DNA of 63,715 nucleotides from a virus (Duplodnaviria; Caudoviricetes): IMG/VR virus record IMGVR_UViG_3300036859_000316, positions 1 to 63,715 of that record; one strand, 5' to 3'. Shown piece by piece: positions 51,801 to 59,718 of this stretch (position 1 is its first letter; each line of letters starts with the position of its first letter). The notes under the pieces were generated by a model. It saw only the letters and a program-made list of their open reading frames with translations, ran no database searches and was not told where the DNA came from. The position numbers and the translations under genes were made by a program.

Positions 51801-53565
51801 GCACGAGCTCGGCCGACGAGCGCAGCAGCATCGTGAAGAATCGCTGCCACGCGGGCCGGGCGAGCTCGCGGGCCAGGCCGGCGAACGCCCGCCCCATCGC
51901 CTGCCCGAGCGTCCGCAGCGGGCCACGCAGGGAGCGGATCAGCGGGAGCAGGGTCCGAAGGCCCCGCGTAATCCCGCGGAAGATCGGATCGAGCGCAGGT
52001 CCGAAGGCCCGGCCGATCCGCTTCGCGACCTCGACCACTGCGAGGGCCGCCCGCGAGCCCTTGAGGTCGCCGAGCGCCTTGTTCGCCTTGCTCTGAGCCT
52101 GGGCGAGCGCCTGAGCTGCCTGGGCCGCCTGTCGATTCGCCGACTCAACCGCCTGACGAGCGGAGATCACCGACGGCGACTGCTCGACGGTGGCGGCCTG
52201 CGCCCGCCGCAGCGTGTGCTCGGCGTCGCCGACCGCGCGTGCTGCCTCGATTACCTCGGCGTTGGCCTCGGCGACTGCGTGGCGAGCGTCGATGACCTCG
52301 GGGGCGTTCTTGACACCCTCGCGCTCGGCCTCGTTGGCATCTAGGGACGCCCGACGCGATGCGATCCGAGTGTCGATCACGTCCTGCTCGGCCTGCGCCA
52401 CCCGGAGGCGGGCCTCGGCGACGTCGAGGCGCGAAGCCTCCGGATCGGCTTGGACTCGACGAAGCTCTTGGCGGGCCCGGCGCTCCGCGAGGATCGCGCC
52501 GCGGTGAGAGAGCGCCGCATTGGCGGCGGCGAGCTGCTCGTCGATGATCGCCCGCCGTGCAGCGTGGCGGGCTTCGGTCAGGTCTTCCTCGGCCTGCTTG
52601 GCCCGGTAGTTGGCGTCGGTGAGCCGGTCCTCAGCCGAACGGAGTCCGTCGACGGCTTGCAGCAGGTCGTTTCGGATCTGCTCGGCGGCGGTCTCGCGGG
52701 CTTGTCGCAGCGCGTCCACCGCCTGCCCCTGCGCCTGCTCGGCGTTGGCTAGGCCCTCGGAGGCGGATTTCACCTGCTCCTGGGCGGCTTCGTAGGCCTT
52801 CTGGGCCTGGGTAGCCTTGGCGAGCCCCACGGCCGCCCCCAGCGCGAGGCCGAGGACCGGGCCGAAGGCGAGCGCCGCCGCCACGCCTAACGCGCCGAGT
52901 CCCGCGATTGCAGCCCCGAGCGAAGCGAGGATTGCGGCGAGCGCCCCCCCGAGGGCGACGATCGAGGGGATCAGGATCCCGACGATCGCACCGGCGGCGG
53001 CACCCGACACGGGAGGGATCAGCGGGATCTCGGTCAGGAAGCCCTGCAAGCCACCGCCGGCGCCGCCCGCAGCCGGGGCGACCCGGTCGAGCGACCCGAC
53101 GAGGCTGTCGGCGGTGCCCGCAATCTGCGCGAGGCGGCTGGTTATCGAGCGGTCGACGTCGATGGTGACGTCGACTTCCTTGGCGTCGATCTGGTTGAGC
53201 AGGAGCTCGAAGCTCGCCGCTTCGGCGTAGGCCTTGGCGAGCCGCAGGTTGACTTCGGGGCTGGCGGTCTCACGGTCTACGGAGTCGAGCGCCGCCTTGA
53301 ATGAATCGAGCTTCGCCCGCGCGGCCCCGGTGTCGAGCTCAACCTTGCCCTCGGCGCGCTGGCGAGCGAAGTCGGCCAGCTCGGCCCGAACCTTGCGGAG
53401 CTTCGTCTCGGCGCTCGCCGTCTCGACGTCGAGCTCGGCGGTCGGGTCAAGCTGGCCGAAGGCTTCGAGCTGGGCGCCGAGTTGTTCAATGGTCCGCCCG
53501 GCGTCGACGTCCTCGCCGCGGAGCCGAAGCAGTAGGTCGTGGAAGGATGCCGAGGCGTCAGACTC
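48847..53565 (-). CDS. Tape measure protein (open frame of 1573 codons; start anomalous)
   Basis: Long Ala/Gly-rich helical protein with W/F periodicity, GIGSPSRVF, FARGG/FAEGG/FALGG motifs and putative cell-wall-lytic domains; the frame is open 172 codons upstream of the first TTG (53049). Confidence 0.92.
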   Translation of the reverse strand, partial: ESDASASFHDLLLRLRGEDVDAGRTIEQLGAQLEAFGQLDPTAELDVETASAETKLRKVRAELADFARQRAEGKVELDTGAARAKLDSFKAALDSVDRETASPEVNLRLAKAYAEAASFELLLNQIDAKEVDVTIDVDRSITSRLAQIAGTADSLVGSLDRVAPAAGGAGGGLQGFLTEIPLIPPVSGAAAGAIVGILIPSIVALGGALAAILASLGAAIAGLGALGVAAALAFGPVLGLALGAAVGLAKATQAQKAYEAAQEQVKSASEGLANAEQAQGQAVDALRQARETAAEQIRNDLLQAVDGLRSAEDRLTDANYRAKQAEEDLTEARHAARRAIIDEQLAAANAALSHRGAILAERRARQELRRVQADPEASRLDVAEARLRVAQAEQDVIDTRIASRRASLDANEAEREGVKNAPEVIDARHAVAEANAEVIEAARAVGDAEHTLRRAQAATVEQSPSVISARQAVESANRQAAQAAQALAQAQSKANKALGDLKGSRAALAVVEVAKRIGRAFGPALDPIFRGITRGLRTLLPLIRSLRGPLRTLGQAMGRAFAGLARELARPAWQRFFTMLLRSSAELVRVGSRGFILLLRILRNIAEAALPYLIRGLRTFNHWLAQVARGSKNIDLSGVMEQLGLWLDLTYQLGRVFLAFIRAATGEGGGLVKWLADGARALADWLGSVEGQERLNQFFRDVLPLAKDLVTLFLQLALVVIQLGQLLAPVLDPFVRGLILIARGLNFVLGLLNKIGAPLRSIILLGPVIGGISLVIGNLGGALRFVGRIAATVARGIANAWRGLRDIASRVWEGIKDAITAPIRAVRRIAGNVWDAIRGAAVDAWRALGRAAGRLWGFIKDQITAEIRGVRNVLDAVWGALSGIARRAWRAVLGVVRSIGGRIGDVAERIWHGVVDAARFVGRIPGIVRRALQRAFRTIKGLVDDFVEIGKDLMKGLAEGIKDGAKGVLDAAKGVAEDIVTAPLSPLGIGSPSRVFRRYGGNLMEGFRDGIRAGLRLVRDASREAIQETKDVFQRGVEGIIDAFARLPHGLSRTTSQIGRLLRSLASVVRRAANFVMQAVRKLTSGLGSHLHLPRLELELPDLSPRGFARGGVSRERHYEVSEEGPQYPEIILATNPRYRPRNLGLWATAGRMLGVPGFAEGGIAGVPGYPGERASTRVMGALLSFIRRFKLFLTDAFGPGHASAEHTQYGTAADFVPGPGGSWELVDRAARAAVQSGFTPVGWTGAGGTEAWSGHGPPSVAGGNAHLHVTFLTVAEYLAGKIAGAVSGAVAALIPKIGVTGEGPVASAARAAVETMRDAGNAFIERHQPTATAELGEIVGGKGPVAQVAARVARALSAPHRAVLALFEALWAESGMGSTSSNVLQLLPSTAAGTGIGMRDVAAQVQGFLTRGYYGKGGAIELAQTTNWPAHVIAQAVQGSAFASGSNYAAQKAAALATLRELGYRGFALGGPLTKTMLALIGAETGASELALLPTGTQIVPADLTARLNKALLGTPGQAPVGLFDGAAAGRAGRREPTVQNFNVTTVDGGPPDPVALLSKIGVLARQRGDI

Positions 53566-53587
53566 CTATTAGATCGTCCGGCGCCAT
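53558..53587 (-). other. Leaderless 9-codon ORF (MAPDDLIGV) in a hairpin at the tape measure 5' end
   Basis: TAGCCT 6 nt upstream of ATG; stem GGCGCCGGAC/GTCTGACGCC. Confidence 0.6.
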
Positions 53588-53609
53588 TGGCACAGGCTAC
53601 CGCGCCATC

Positions 53610-53966
53610 TCACCACCACTTTTCCTCGGGCTCGTAGTCAGCGGCGGGCTCGGGCATCAGCTCGCGGACCACCTTCGCGATATCCGTCGTCTTTAGGTCG
53701 CCCTGAGCGGCCGACTGGATGACTTGGCCGAGCCGCATCAGGTCGTCGCGGCGATTGCGCCGGTGGCCCGCGAGCAGGTCTAGGAGTCGGCTGGGAGTGA
53801 GCCCAAGCTGTCCGTCGAGGTCGCCGGCGTTGGGTCGGGCATCGTAGAAGGCATCGGGGCTGATGCCCCATTCCCGCGCGGCAAGCTCCGCGAGCGGGCC
53901 AAGGCCGCCTCCGTCTGCATCCTCAGAATCTGCCCCCGAATCATCTCCGGGGTCACGAAGTTTTTT
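53610..53966 (-). CDS. Tail assembly chaperone -1 frameshift extension (GT-like product)
   Basis: Slippery A AAA AAC at 53960-53966; the -1 frame is open to TGA at 53610 (…ELAAREWGISPDAFY…PEEKWW). Confidence 0.85.
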   Translation of the reverse strand, partial: KKLRDPGDDSGADSEDADGGGLGPLAELAAREWGISPDAFYDARPNAGDLDGQLGLTPSRLLDLLAGHRRNRRDDLMRLGQVIQSAAQGDLKTTDIAKVVRELMPEPAADYEPEEKWW

Positions 53967-54457
53967 AGGAGTCGCACCAGCCTTTGCCCGCCGTGAAGGG
54001 CGAAGATCGCCTCAATAGCGTCGATGAGCTGCGGGGGCGTCGGCGACTTGTCGGCCGGGTCGTCATACGGGTCCTCGAAGGTGGGTGCCTCGAACTCGGC
54101 CTGGGTCTCGGGCGGCAGGTCGTCCCAGCCGACGTCGCTCGTTTCCTCGGTGTCGCCCTTCGGCCCGTGGGTCGCGGCGAAGTTCTCGCGCAAGTGGCGC
54201 AACTCGTCGTCATAGCGCTCGCGGGCCTTCCACGCTTCCTCGGACCCGTACCCGGCCAGCTTCCACAGCGGGTCGAGGTCGGGGATGAACACCTTGAGGG
54301 CGTCGTACAGCGGGGCGGCCTCGACGAACTGGCCCCCGGCGGCGGCGCTGAACAGCTCCATGACTGCTGACAGCTTGCGGCCGATCCGACCGATGCGCTG
54401 CGGGGCGAGGGTGTAGGTCCGGTCGCCGAGGGTAATCTGCGTCGGGTTCTCACTCAC
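53780..54457 (-). CDS. Tail assembly chaperone
   Basis: Between the major tail and tape measure genes; contains the slippery site. Confidence 0.8.
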   Translation of the reverse strand: MSENPTQITLGDRTYTLAPQRIGRIGRKLSAVMELFSAAAGGQFVEAAPLYDALKVFIPDLDPLWKLAGYGSEEAWKARERYDDELRHLRENFAATHGPKGDTEETSDVGWDDLPPETQAEFEAPTFEDPYDDPADKSPTPPQLIDAIEAIFALHGGQRLVRLLKNFVTPEMIRGQILRMQTEAALARSRSLPRGNGASAPMPSTMPDPTPATSTDSLGSLPADS

Positions 54458-54489
54458 CAGCGCGGCAGCCTAGCAGCCCCGGTCGGCTG

Positions 54490-54741
54490 CTATTCCGGCT
54501 CGGCCTCGGGTGAGCCGCGCCCGACCGAGTCGCGCACGAGCAGGTGGACCGCGAGCGCGTTCTGAAAGTCGCCCACCGCGCGGTCGAGATGCTGCCGGGT
54601 CGGGTAGGTCTCTGAGGTCGCGAGGACGTGGTTGTTGCCCGTCGACACGATGCAGTAGTGGAAGGTCGCGTACTCCGGGGGCCCGCGAAGGTCGATGTAA
54701 GCGCCGCCGGCGCCGCTGGTTGGGGGGCCCTCGTCGGGCAT
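54490..54741 (-). CDS. YegP/DUF1508-like protein
   Basis: Y.IV..GN..VLATSETY.TR. Confidence 0.65.
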   Translation of the reverse strand: MPDEGPPTSGAGGAYIDLRGPPEYATFHYCIVSTGNNHVLATSETYPTRQHLDRAVGDFQNALAVHLLVRDSVGRGSPEAEPE

Positions 54742-54748
54742 GGGCGGC

Positions 54749-55417
54749 CTAGCTGGTGAGGGTCGCGGCGTCCTCAAGCCACCACGTACCGAGGTCCTCG
54801 CCCGGGGTGGCCTCTTCGTCTGGATAGCCAGCGAAGGTGACGTCGACGCTCGACAGCGCGCCCTTGGCGAACTGCGTCGACTGCGCATCGCCGGTGATCG
54901 AGGCGTTCCAGAGGACGACGGCGAGCATCCGGCCGCGGGTCAGGGTGCTCTCTTCGACGAGCCCGGCTGACTGGGAGCGGCGCCCGACGAGGACGACGCA
55001 GTATTTGTCGAGTTCGTCGAAGGTGCCGAACGGGACCGCCTTGCCCCCTCCGACGTTGGGGGCCGCAGCGACCGTCTCGATCCCGGGCGACTGCTCAAGG
55101 ATCGCGAGCGCCTCGGGCGAGAACTCGGCGACGTTCATCTGGATCCCGCGGGTGACCTCGGTGACCTCGGTGTCGACCGCAGCCTTGTCCTGCTCGATCG
55201 TCAGCTCCGTGGCGGTGTGTCCACGCGAGTAGCTGCCCGGGTTCGTGGCGGCGCCGAAGTCGAAGAACTCGCCCTGGATCGTGTAGGGCGTTTCCATGAG
55301 GCAGACGTCGTCGAACCACTCGGGGAGCGCGACAAGGTCTGCCCGCTTGGCCGCGATCGCGCGGATCGGACCCTTGATGAGATTGAGCTTGGAGTATGGG
55401 AAAAAGGCTTCAGCCAT
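54749..55417 (-). CDS. Major tail protein
   Basis: 222 aa, FDFGAAT..G, acidic and beta-rich; synteny. Confidence 0.8.
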   Translation of the reverse strand: MAEAFFPYSKLNLIKGPIRAIAAKRADLVALPEWFDDVCLMETPYTIQGEFFDFGAATNPGSYSRGHTATELTIEQDKAAVDTEVTEVTRGIQMNVAEFSPEALAILEQSPGIETVAAAPNVGGGKAVPFGTFDELDKYCVVLVGRRSQSAGLVEESTLTRGRMLAVVLWNASITGDAQSTQFAKGALSSVDVTFAGYPDEEATPGEDLGTWWLEDAATLTS

Positions 55418-55432
55418 CTCTCGCCCTCGATG

Positions 55433-55642
55433 CTACCCGGTTTGCCCGCTGGCGCTGTCGGCCTTCTTCGGCGTCATGAACTTGTGAGCCTCGTCGGCGC
55501 GCAACTCCTTCGCCTGCTTGGCGGTAACCTCGACCGGGATCCCGATCGTCAGCCGGATGGAACGCCCGCCCTTCTGGCGCAGCCGATAGCGCGTGCTCGG
55601 ATCGCTGGGAGCTTTGGGCCCGGCGTAGACGATCAACGGCAT
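55433..55642 (-). CDS. Small basic protein
   Basis: TAGGCT 6 nt upstream of ATG. Confidence 0.65.
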   Translation of the reverse strand: MPLIVYAGPKAPSDPSTRYRLRQKGGRSIRLTIGIPVEVTAKQAKELRADEAHKFMTPKKADSASGQTG

Positions 55643-55661
55643 GAGCCGAGCCTACCGAAAC

Positions 55662-56156
55662 CTACTGCTGAAGGAACTCATCGGGCTCGTCGATCAGCTC
55701 GCCGATCACGCACTCGATCGTGACCAGCCGACCGCGGGTGCCGTCTTCGGTCTCGCCGAACACGGGGCTGTAATCGACGACGAGGAAGGGCGAGGCGAAC
55801 GGCACCCGTTCGCCGAGGGTCGGGTCGTCGAGCAGCGCGACCTCAATCGCCGCGCCGTAGCCCTGAAGCTGCTCGAACTTCGCCTTGGCCGAGTCCTCGG
55901 TCTGCTGGACCTCGACCATGACCGAGGCACTGCACTCGAACACCCGCACGAGCTGGTGCTGCTGAAGCTCCAAGTAGGGGAAGACGTCGACAAGCGTCTG
56001 GGCGTAGGCGAGTCGCTTGCGGTCGACGATCGCGGCCACGTCGGGCAGCGGGCCGAGCTTCGTCGCGACGGGATACGCATAGGTGGACTCCGGGGCGATG
56101 CTCAACTCGTCCGCGATCCATTCCGCCAGCGCCGCCGAAACCTGCTGCTCATTCAC
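55662..56156 (-). CDS. Tail terminator-like protein
   Basis: AL..DPTLG motif; synteny. Confidence 0.65.
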   Translation of the reverse strand: MNEQQVSAALAEWIADELSIAPESTYAYPVATKLGPLPDVAAIVDRKRLAYAQTLVDVFPYLELQQHQLVRVFECSASVMVEVQQTEDSAKAKFEQLQGYGAAIEVALLDDPTLGERVPFASPFLVVDYSPVFGETEDGTRGRLVTIECVIGELIDEPDEFLQQ

Positions 56157-56650
56157 CGCAGCAGCCTCCGGTCGATCGTTCGACCGAGGCGCTTCTCGGC
56201 CTCGTTGAACTCCTGCTCGACGGCGCGGAAGGCGAAGTCGACCCAGTCGTGGTCGGGTTTGTAGCCACGGACCCAGGCACGATAGACGACGTGCCCGCCG
56301 AGATAGAAGCGCAGGGCCTTGGCCCGCTTCGGATAGATGATCGCCATCCGGTGGCCGAACCGGGTCACCCGCAGATAGTGGAAGCCCTCGTCGCTCACCG
56401 GGTCGGGGTCGGCCAGCACTTCGATCACGACCCGGCCGCCGTAGGACCGGACCCGAGCCTTCAGCGCGCGTTCGAGCTGCCCGCTGCGATGCGGCGCGAA
56501 GGCCCGCGTCAGCTCGGTCGCGTCCGGGGCGAGCCGGCCGGCGAACTCATCGAGGATCATCTGCTGGATCTGGCGCCCGCCCGAGCTGAACTTGCGGCCC
56601 TTGGCGCGAGCGCCGCGAACCGAGCCGCGGAAGAGTGCCCGGCCGGCCAT
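56153..56650 (-). CDS. Neck / tail completion protein (HK97 gp10-like)
   Basis: AP.RSG.L, IYPKRAKALRF, basic composition. Confidence 0.65.
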   Translation of the reverse strand: MAGRALFRGSVRGARAKGRKFSSGGRQIQQMILDEFAGRLAPDATELTRAFAPHRSGQLERALKARVRSYGGRVVIEVLADPDPVSDEGFHYLRVTRFGHRMAIIYPKRAKALRFYLGGHVVYRAWVRGYKPDHDWVDFAFRAVEQEFNEAEKRLGRTIDRRLLR

Positions 56651-56925
56651 CAGCCCTCGCGCCAGATCCCGCGTTCGAGGTAGCCGTGCCAGCCGTTCGG
56701 CGGGTCGTCGATCGACGGGGAGACGGTGATCGTCCCGTCGTCGTGCTCCGTGACCGTGTGGATGTAGAGCCCGCCCACCTTCCCGGTCGGATCGCAGATG
56801 TACCAGGCGTTCTCGGGGCCCTCCTCGCGGCGGATCGGGCCGCAGTAGTCGCCGGGCTTCCGCTGGTCGGAATAGAACTGGCGAAGGGAGACGCGGCGCC
56901 CCTGCATCGTGTTGCCCGCCGCCAT
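56650..56925 (-). CDS. DUF6527-like protein
   Basis: DGTITVSPSI...WHGYLERG.W. Confidence 0.7.
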   Translation of the reverse strand: MAAGNTMQGRRVSLRQFYSDQRKPGDYCGPIRREEGPENAWYICDPTGKVGGLYIHTVTEHDDGTITVSPSIDDPPNGWHGYLERGIWREG

Positions 56926-57533
56926 CAGCCGCCTGGTCGCATCTCCGACGCCGCGAGGGTGACGTGCGGCAGGAACTCGTGCCGGGCCGCCCCAACCACC
57001 TTCAGCCGCCGACCGGCGTGCGCGCCCTCGGTGACGTACAGGGTGCGGTTCGTCTGCCCCACGAGCTCATCGGCGGCACCTAGCTCGGCTTCGCCGGTCC
57101 ACGAATAGACCTCCCCGGTGTCGGTCGTGCGCGGCGCGGTCAGCGGCCACACCGAGCAGGCGACCCGGGCGAGCGCCACGACGCCGCCCTGCTTTAGCAC
57201 CGAGCCGACGTCCTTGAACGGCAGGACCCCGCCGCGGCCGCCGACGGTCGGCGCGACGCCGGTGACTTGGAGCTCTTCGGTCGCGAAGTCCTCGGGCCCG
57301 GCCGGCACGTCGCCGTTGTCCCAGATCACGACGTAGGTGCCGGGGGTGGCCGGGGCGATCAGATCCTCGCGGGCATAGACGCCGGGCACGAGCTCGACAA
57401 TCCCGGCCGTGGTGCGGGCCATGATCTCGGTGTCGTCGGGGCGCTCGACGCGGATCCCCATCGTGCCCTCAAGGCCCTCGGGGGCCCCCTCGACGGTGGC
57501 CGTGTATCGCTGGCCGGGGGCGGTCTCGATCAT
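56925..57533 (-). CDS. Probable head closure protein with extra N-terminal beta domain
   Basis: Synteny; two-part protein with a GGRGG linker. Confidence 0.5.
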   Translation of the reverse strand: MIETAPGQRYTATVEGAPEGLEGTMGIRVERPDDTEIMARTTAGIVELVPGVYAREDLIAPATPGTYVVIWDNGDVPAGPEDFATEELQVTGVAPTVGGRGGVLPFKDVGSVLKQGGVVALARVACSVWPLTAPRTTDTGEVYSWTGEAELGAADELVGQTNRTLYVTEGAHAGRRLKVVGAARHEFLPHVTLAASEMRPGG

Positions 57534-57555
57534 CTGCGGTTCCCCAGCTTGGCGG

Positions 57556-58683
57556 TCAGGAGAGATCAACCTCCCCCGTCTTCACCGCTCCGTTGGAGTC
57601 CTTGGCCTTGAACTTCACTTTGGTCGCGCCGGGGGTGGGGTCGAGCCAGAGCCCGAAATCGCCGTCGTCTAGAAGCGCGTCGTCGGGCTCGTCGAGGTCG
57701 AGGCGGATCGCCTTTCTCGCGGGGTAGATGCGAAGCGGGAAGGTGCTCGACAGGAACTCACCGACGTAGAAATACTGCTCGCCCGCGGCGTGGGCGGCCA
57801 GCGTCTCCGCTCGCACGCCAATGTCGACGTCCGGCGGGGTGCCGTCCCGCGCGAAGGTGAGCGTCGCCGACGCTGGCTTGTCGTTGGGCGTGTGCATCCC
57901 GTACCAAAACTGGATGCGATCAACGCCGCGCTGAAAGGACGCCTCGTAACTCGACGACGCGAACAGCCACGGGTAGAAGCCGGCGTAGTTGTCGTCCACG
58001 TTGTTGAAGTGGAAAAACAGACGATGTTGGCGACCGACGACCTCGATGATCGGCTCGTAAGAGTCGGTCAGGCCGTTGTCGAACACGACGAGACGGGAAT
58101 GCCTGCCGCCGAGTTCGGGCGAGTCCTCGGGGTCGCCGCCGATTCCGAGTCGCTGCGGTTGCACCCCCGGCGGCAGGATCTCAGCGTCGGCGAACGCGGT
58201 TCCGACTAGGGCAAGCGTGAACTCCACTTGGACCCGAACGCCATCCTCCGACCCGCCCGGATCGACGCCCGAAGTCTGGGAGGCGACGACGCGAATCGGC
58301 TCGACTGGCGCGAATGCTGCGTCCGTGACCCGACTGCCGTAGGTGGTCTCCTGGGGAGAGACTGCGAGCGTCTCGACGCGAAACAGATCCTGGCCGGGAC
58401 GCTTCACGGTCAGGCTGCGAGAGCCGCTGCCTGCCGAGGCCTCCGAGTCCAGCCACCGGAAGGTGAGCCCGACGATGTAGATCCCCTGGATAGGAGGAAC
58501 GATGTGGGTCGGGGTATCGGGATCGAAGAAGCTCCCGAGGTCGTAGTAGCCCGCCGAATCGGGGAGGGTGAACTCCAAGTCGACGTCCTCGCCGCTCGGA
58601 AGTGCCATCTGCTCGCTTTGGACCCGCACCGCCGTCGCCGCTGAGCTGCCCTCCGACCCCTGTGGTGGGAACTTGGCGGTCAT
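57556..58683 (-). CDS. Probable virion structural protein
   Basis: Beta-rich protein in the neck region. Confidence 0.6.
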   Translation of the reverse strand: MTAKFPPQGSEGSSAATAVRVQSEQMALPSGEDVDLEFTLPDSAGYYDLGSFFDPDTPTHIVPPIQGIYIVGLTFRWLDSEASAGSGSRSLTVKRPGQDLFRVETLAVSPQETTYGSRVTDAAFAPVEPIRVVASQTSGVDPGGSEDGVRVQVEFTLALVGTAFADAEILPPGVQPQRLGIGGDPEDSPELGGRHSRLVVFDNGLTDSYEPIIEVVGRQHRLFFHFNNVDDNYAGFYPWLFASSSYEASFQRGVDRIQFWYGMHTPNDKPASATLTFARDGTPPDVDIGVRAETLAAHAAGEQYFYVGEFLSSTFPLRIYPARKAIRLDLDEPDDALLDDGDFGLWLDPTPGATKVKFKAKDSNGAVKTGEVDLS

Positions 58684-58746
58684 CTCGACCGCTCCCAGGC
58701 GTCGCAGAAAGCGTTGACAACGGAAACTACCCCCTGACGCGGGGGA

Positions 58747-59718
58747 TCAAGCGCGGACAGCACTCGGCACCTGCCAGCGAAGGCGTGTGAGTTTGCGCTG
58801 CACGCGCACCGACAGGCCCGGCTCGACGTCGCGAAGCGCCATCGACAGGCCGCCCTGGTTGACGTCGGAGAGCCCGAGCGCCCGAGCCGAGCGCACGGTC
58901 GGCGCGAGCTGGGTGGCATCGGCGAGGGCCTGATCCTCCATCGCGAAGCGGATCGCGGTCTCGACCGCGTCGAGCTCGCCCGCGTTCCACTCATCGGCGG
59001 ACCATCCCCAAGCGCCCGTGACCGTGACCAGCCCGGGGCCGGTGGGGAACTCGGCCGGTGCCTCGCCCACCTGCATACGTCGCAGCTCGCGGGTGAGCCA
59101 GGTGGCACCACCACCCAGGCTCGTGATCGACAGCCGGTCCCGTTCTGCGCTCAGCTCGACCTCGGATGCCGTCAGCCACGAGCCGGTGATCGAGAGCTCG
59201 AAGCCCGGGGCGAGCCTCTTCGGAAGCCAGAGCGTGTTACCGCCGGCGCCGTCGAGCAGCTTCGCGACCGGCTCAGCTTCGGTGCCCTCGGCGACGAAGG
59301 GCTGGCGGCAGTAGTCCTCGACATCGGCGATCGCCGCGGCGCGCAGCTCGGCCTGCTGCTCTTGGTCGAGCGCTGCGGTGAGCTCGGTGACGCTCGACGC
59401 GGCGAGCAGGGCGTCGAGGGGCGGGTAGCCGTCGTCGGCAGTGGACGGCGAGAAGACCGAGGACGAAGGCGGCGACTCGTTGTTGTCATCGTCGAGCGCC
59501 ACCAGGCGGAAGTAGCCCTCGGCGAGCGTCGCCTCGACCGTCGTCAGCTTGCGCTGTTGCGGGTGGGCCGGGTCGTCGTCGGGAGCGAGGATCACCTGCT
59601 CGATCGCCGTGAAGACGACATTGTCGGGCGATTCCTCGATCCGCGCCAAGGTCCACGGGACCGAGTCATAACGCGGCGGCGGCGTCCAGACGAGATCGTG
59701 GACGTAGCTGGGACTCAT
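58747..59718 (-). CDS. Head-to-tail adaptor with N-terminal extra domain
   Basis: AA..DVEDYCRQPF, LDG.G...L.LP, VTVTG.WGW. Confidence 0.75.
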   Translation of the reverse strand: MSPSYVHDLVWTPPPRYDSVPWTLARIEESPDNVVFTAIEQVILAPDDDPAHPQQRKLTTVEATLAEGYFRLVALDDDNNESPPSSSVFSPSTADDGYPPLDALLAASSVTELTAALDQEQQAELRAAAIADVEDYCRQPFVAEGTEAEPVAKLLDGAGGNTLWLPKRLAPGFELSITGSWLTASEVELSAERDRLSITSLGGGATWLTRELRRMQVGEAPAEFPTGPGLVTVTGAWGWSADEWNAGELDAVETAIRFAMEDQALADATQLAPTVRSARALGLSDVNQGGLSMALRDVEPGLSVRVQRKLTRLRWQVPSAVRA

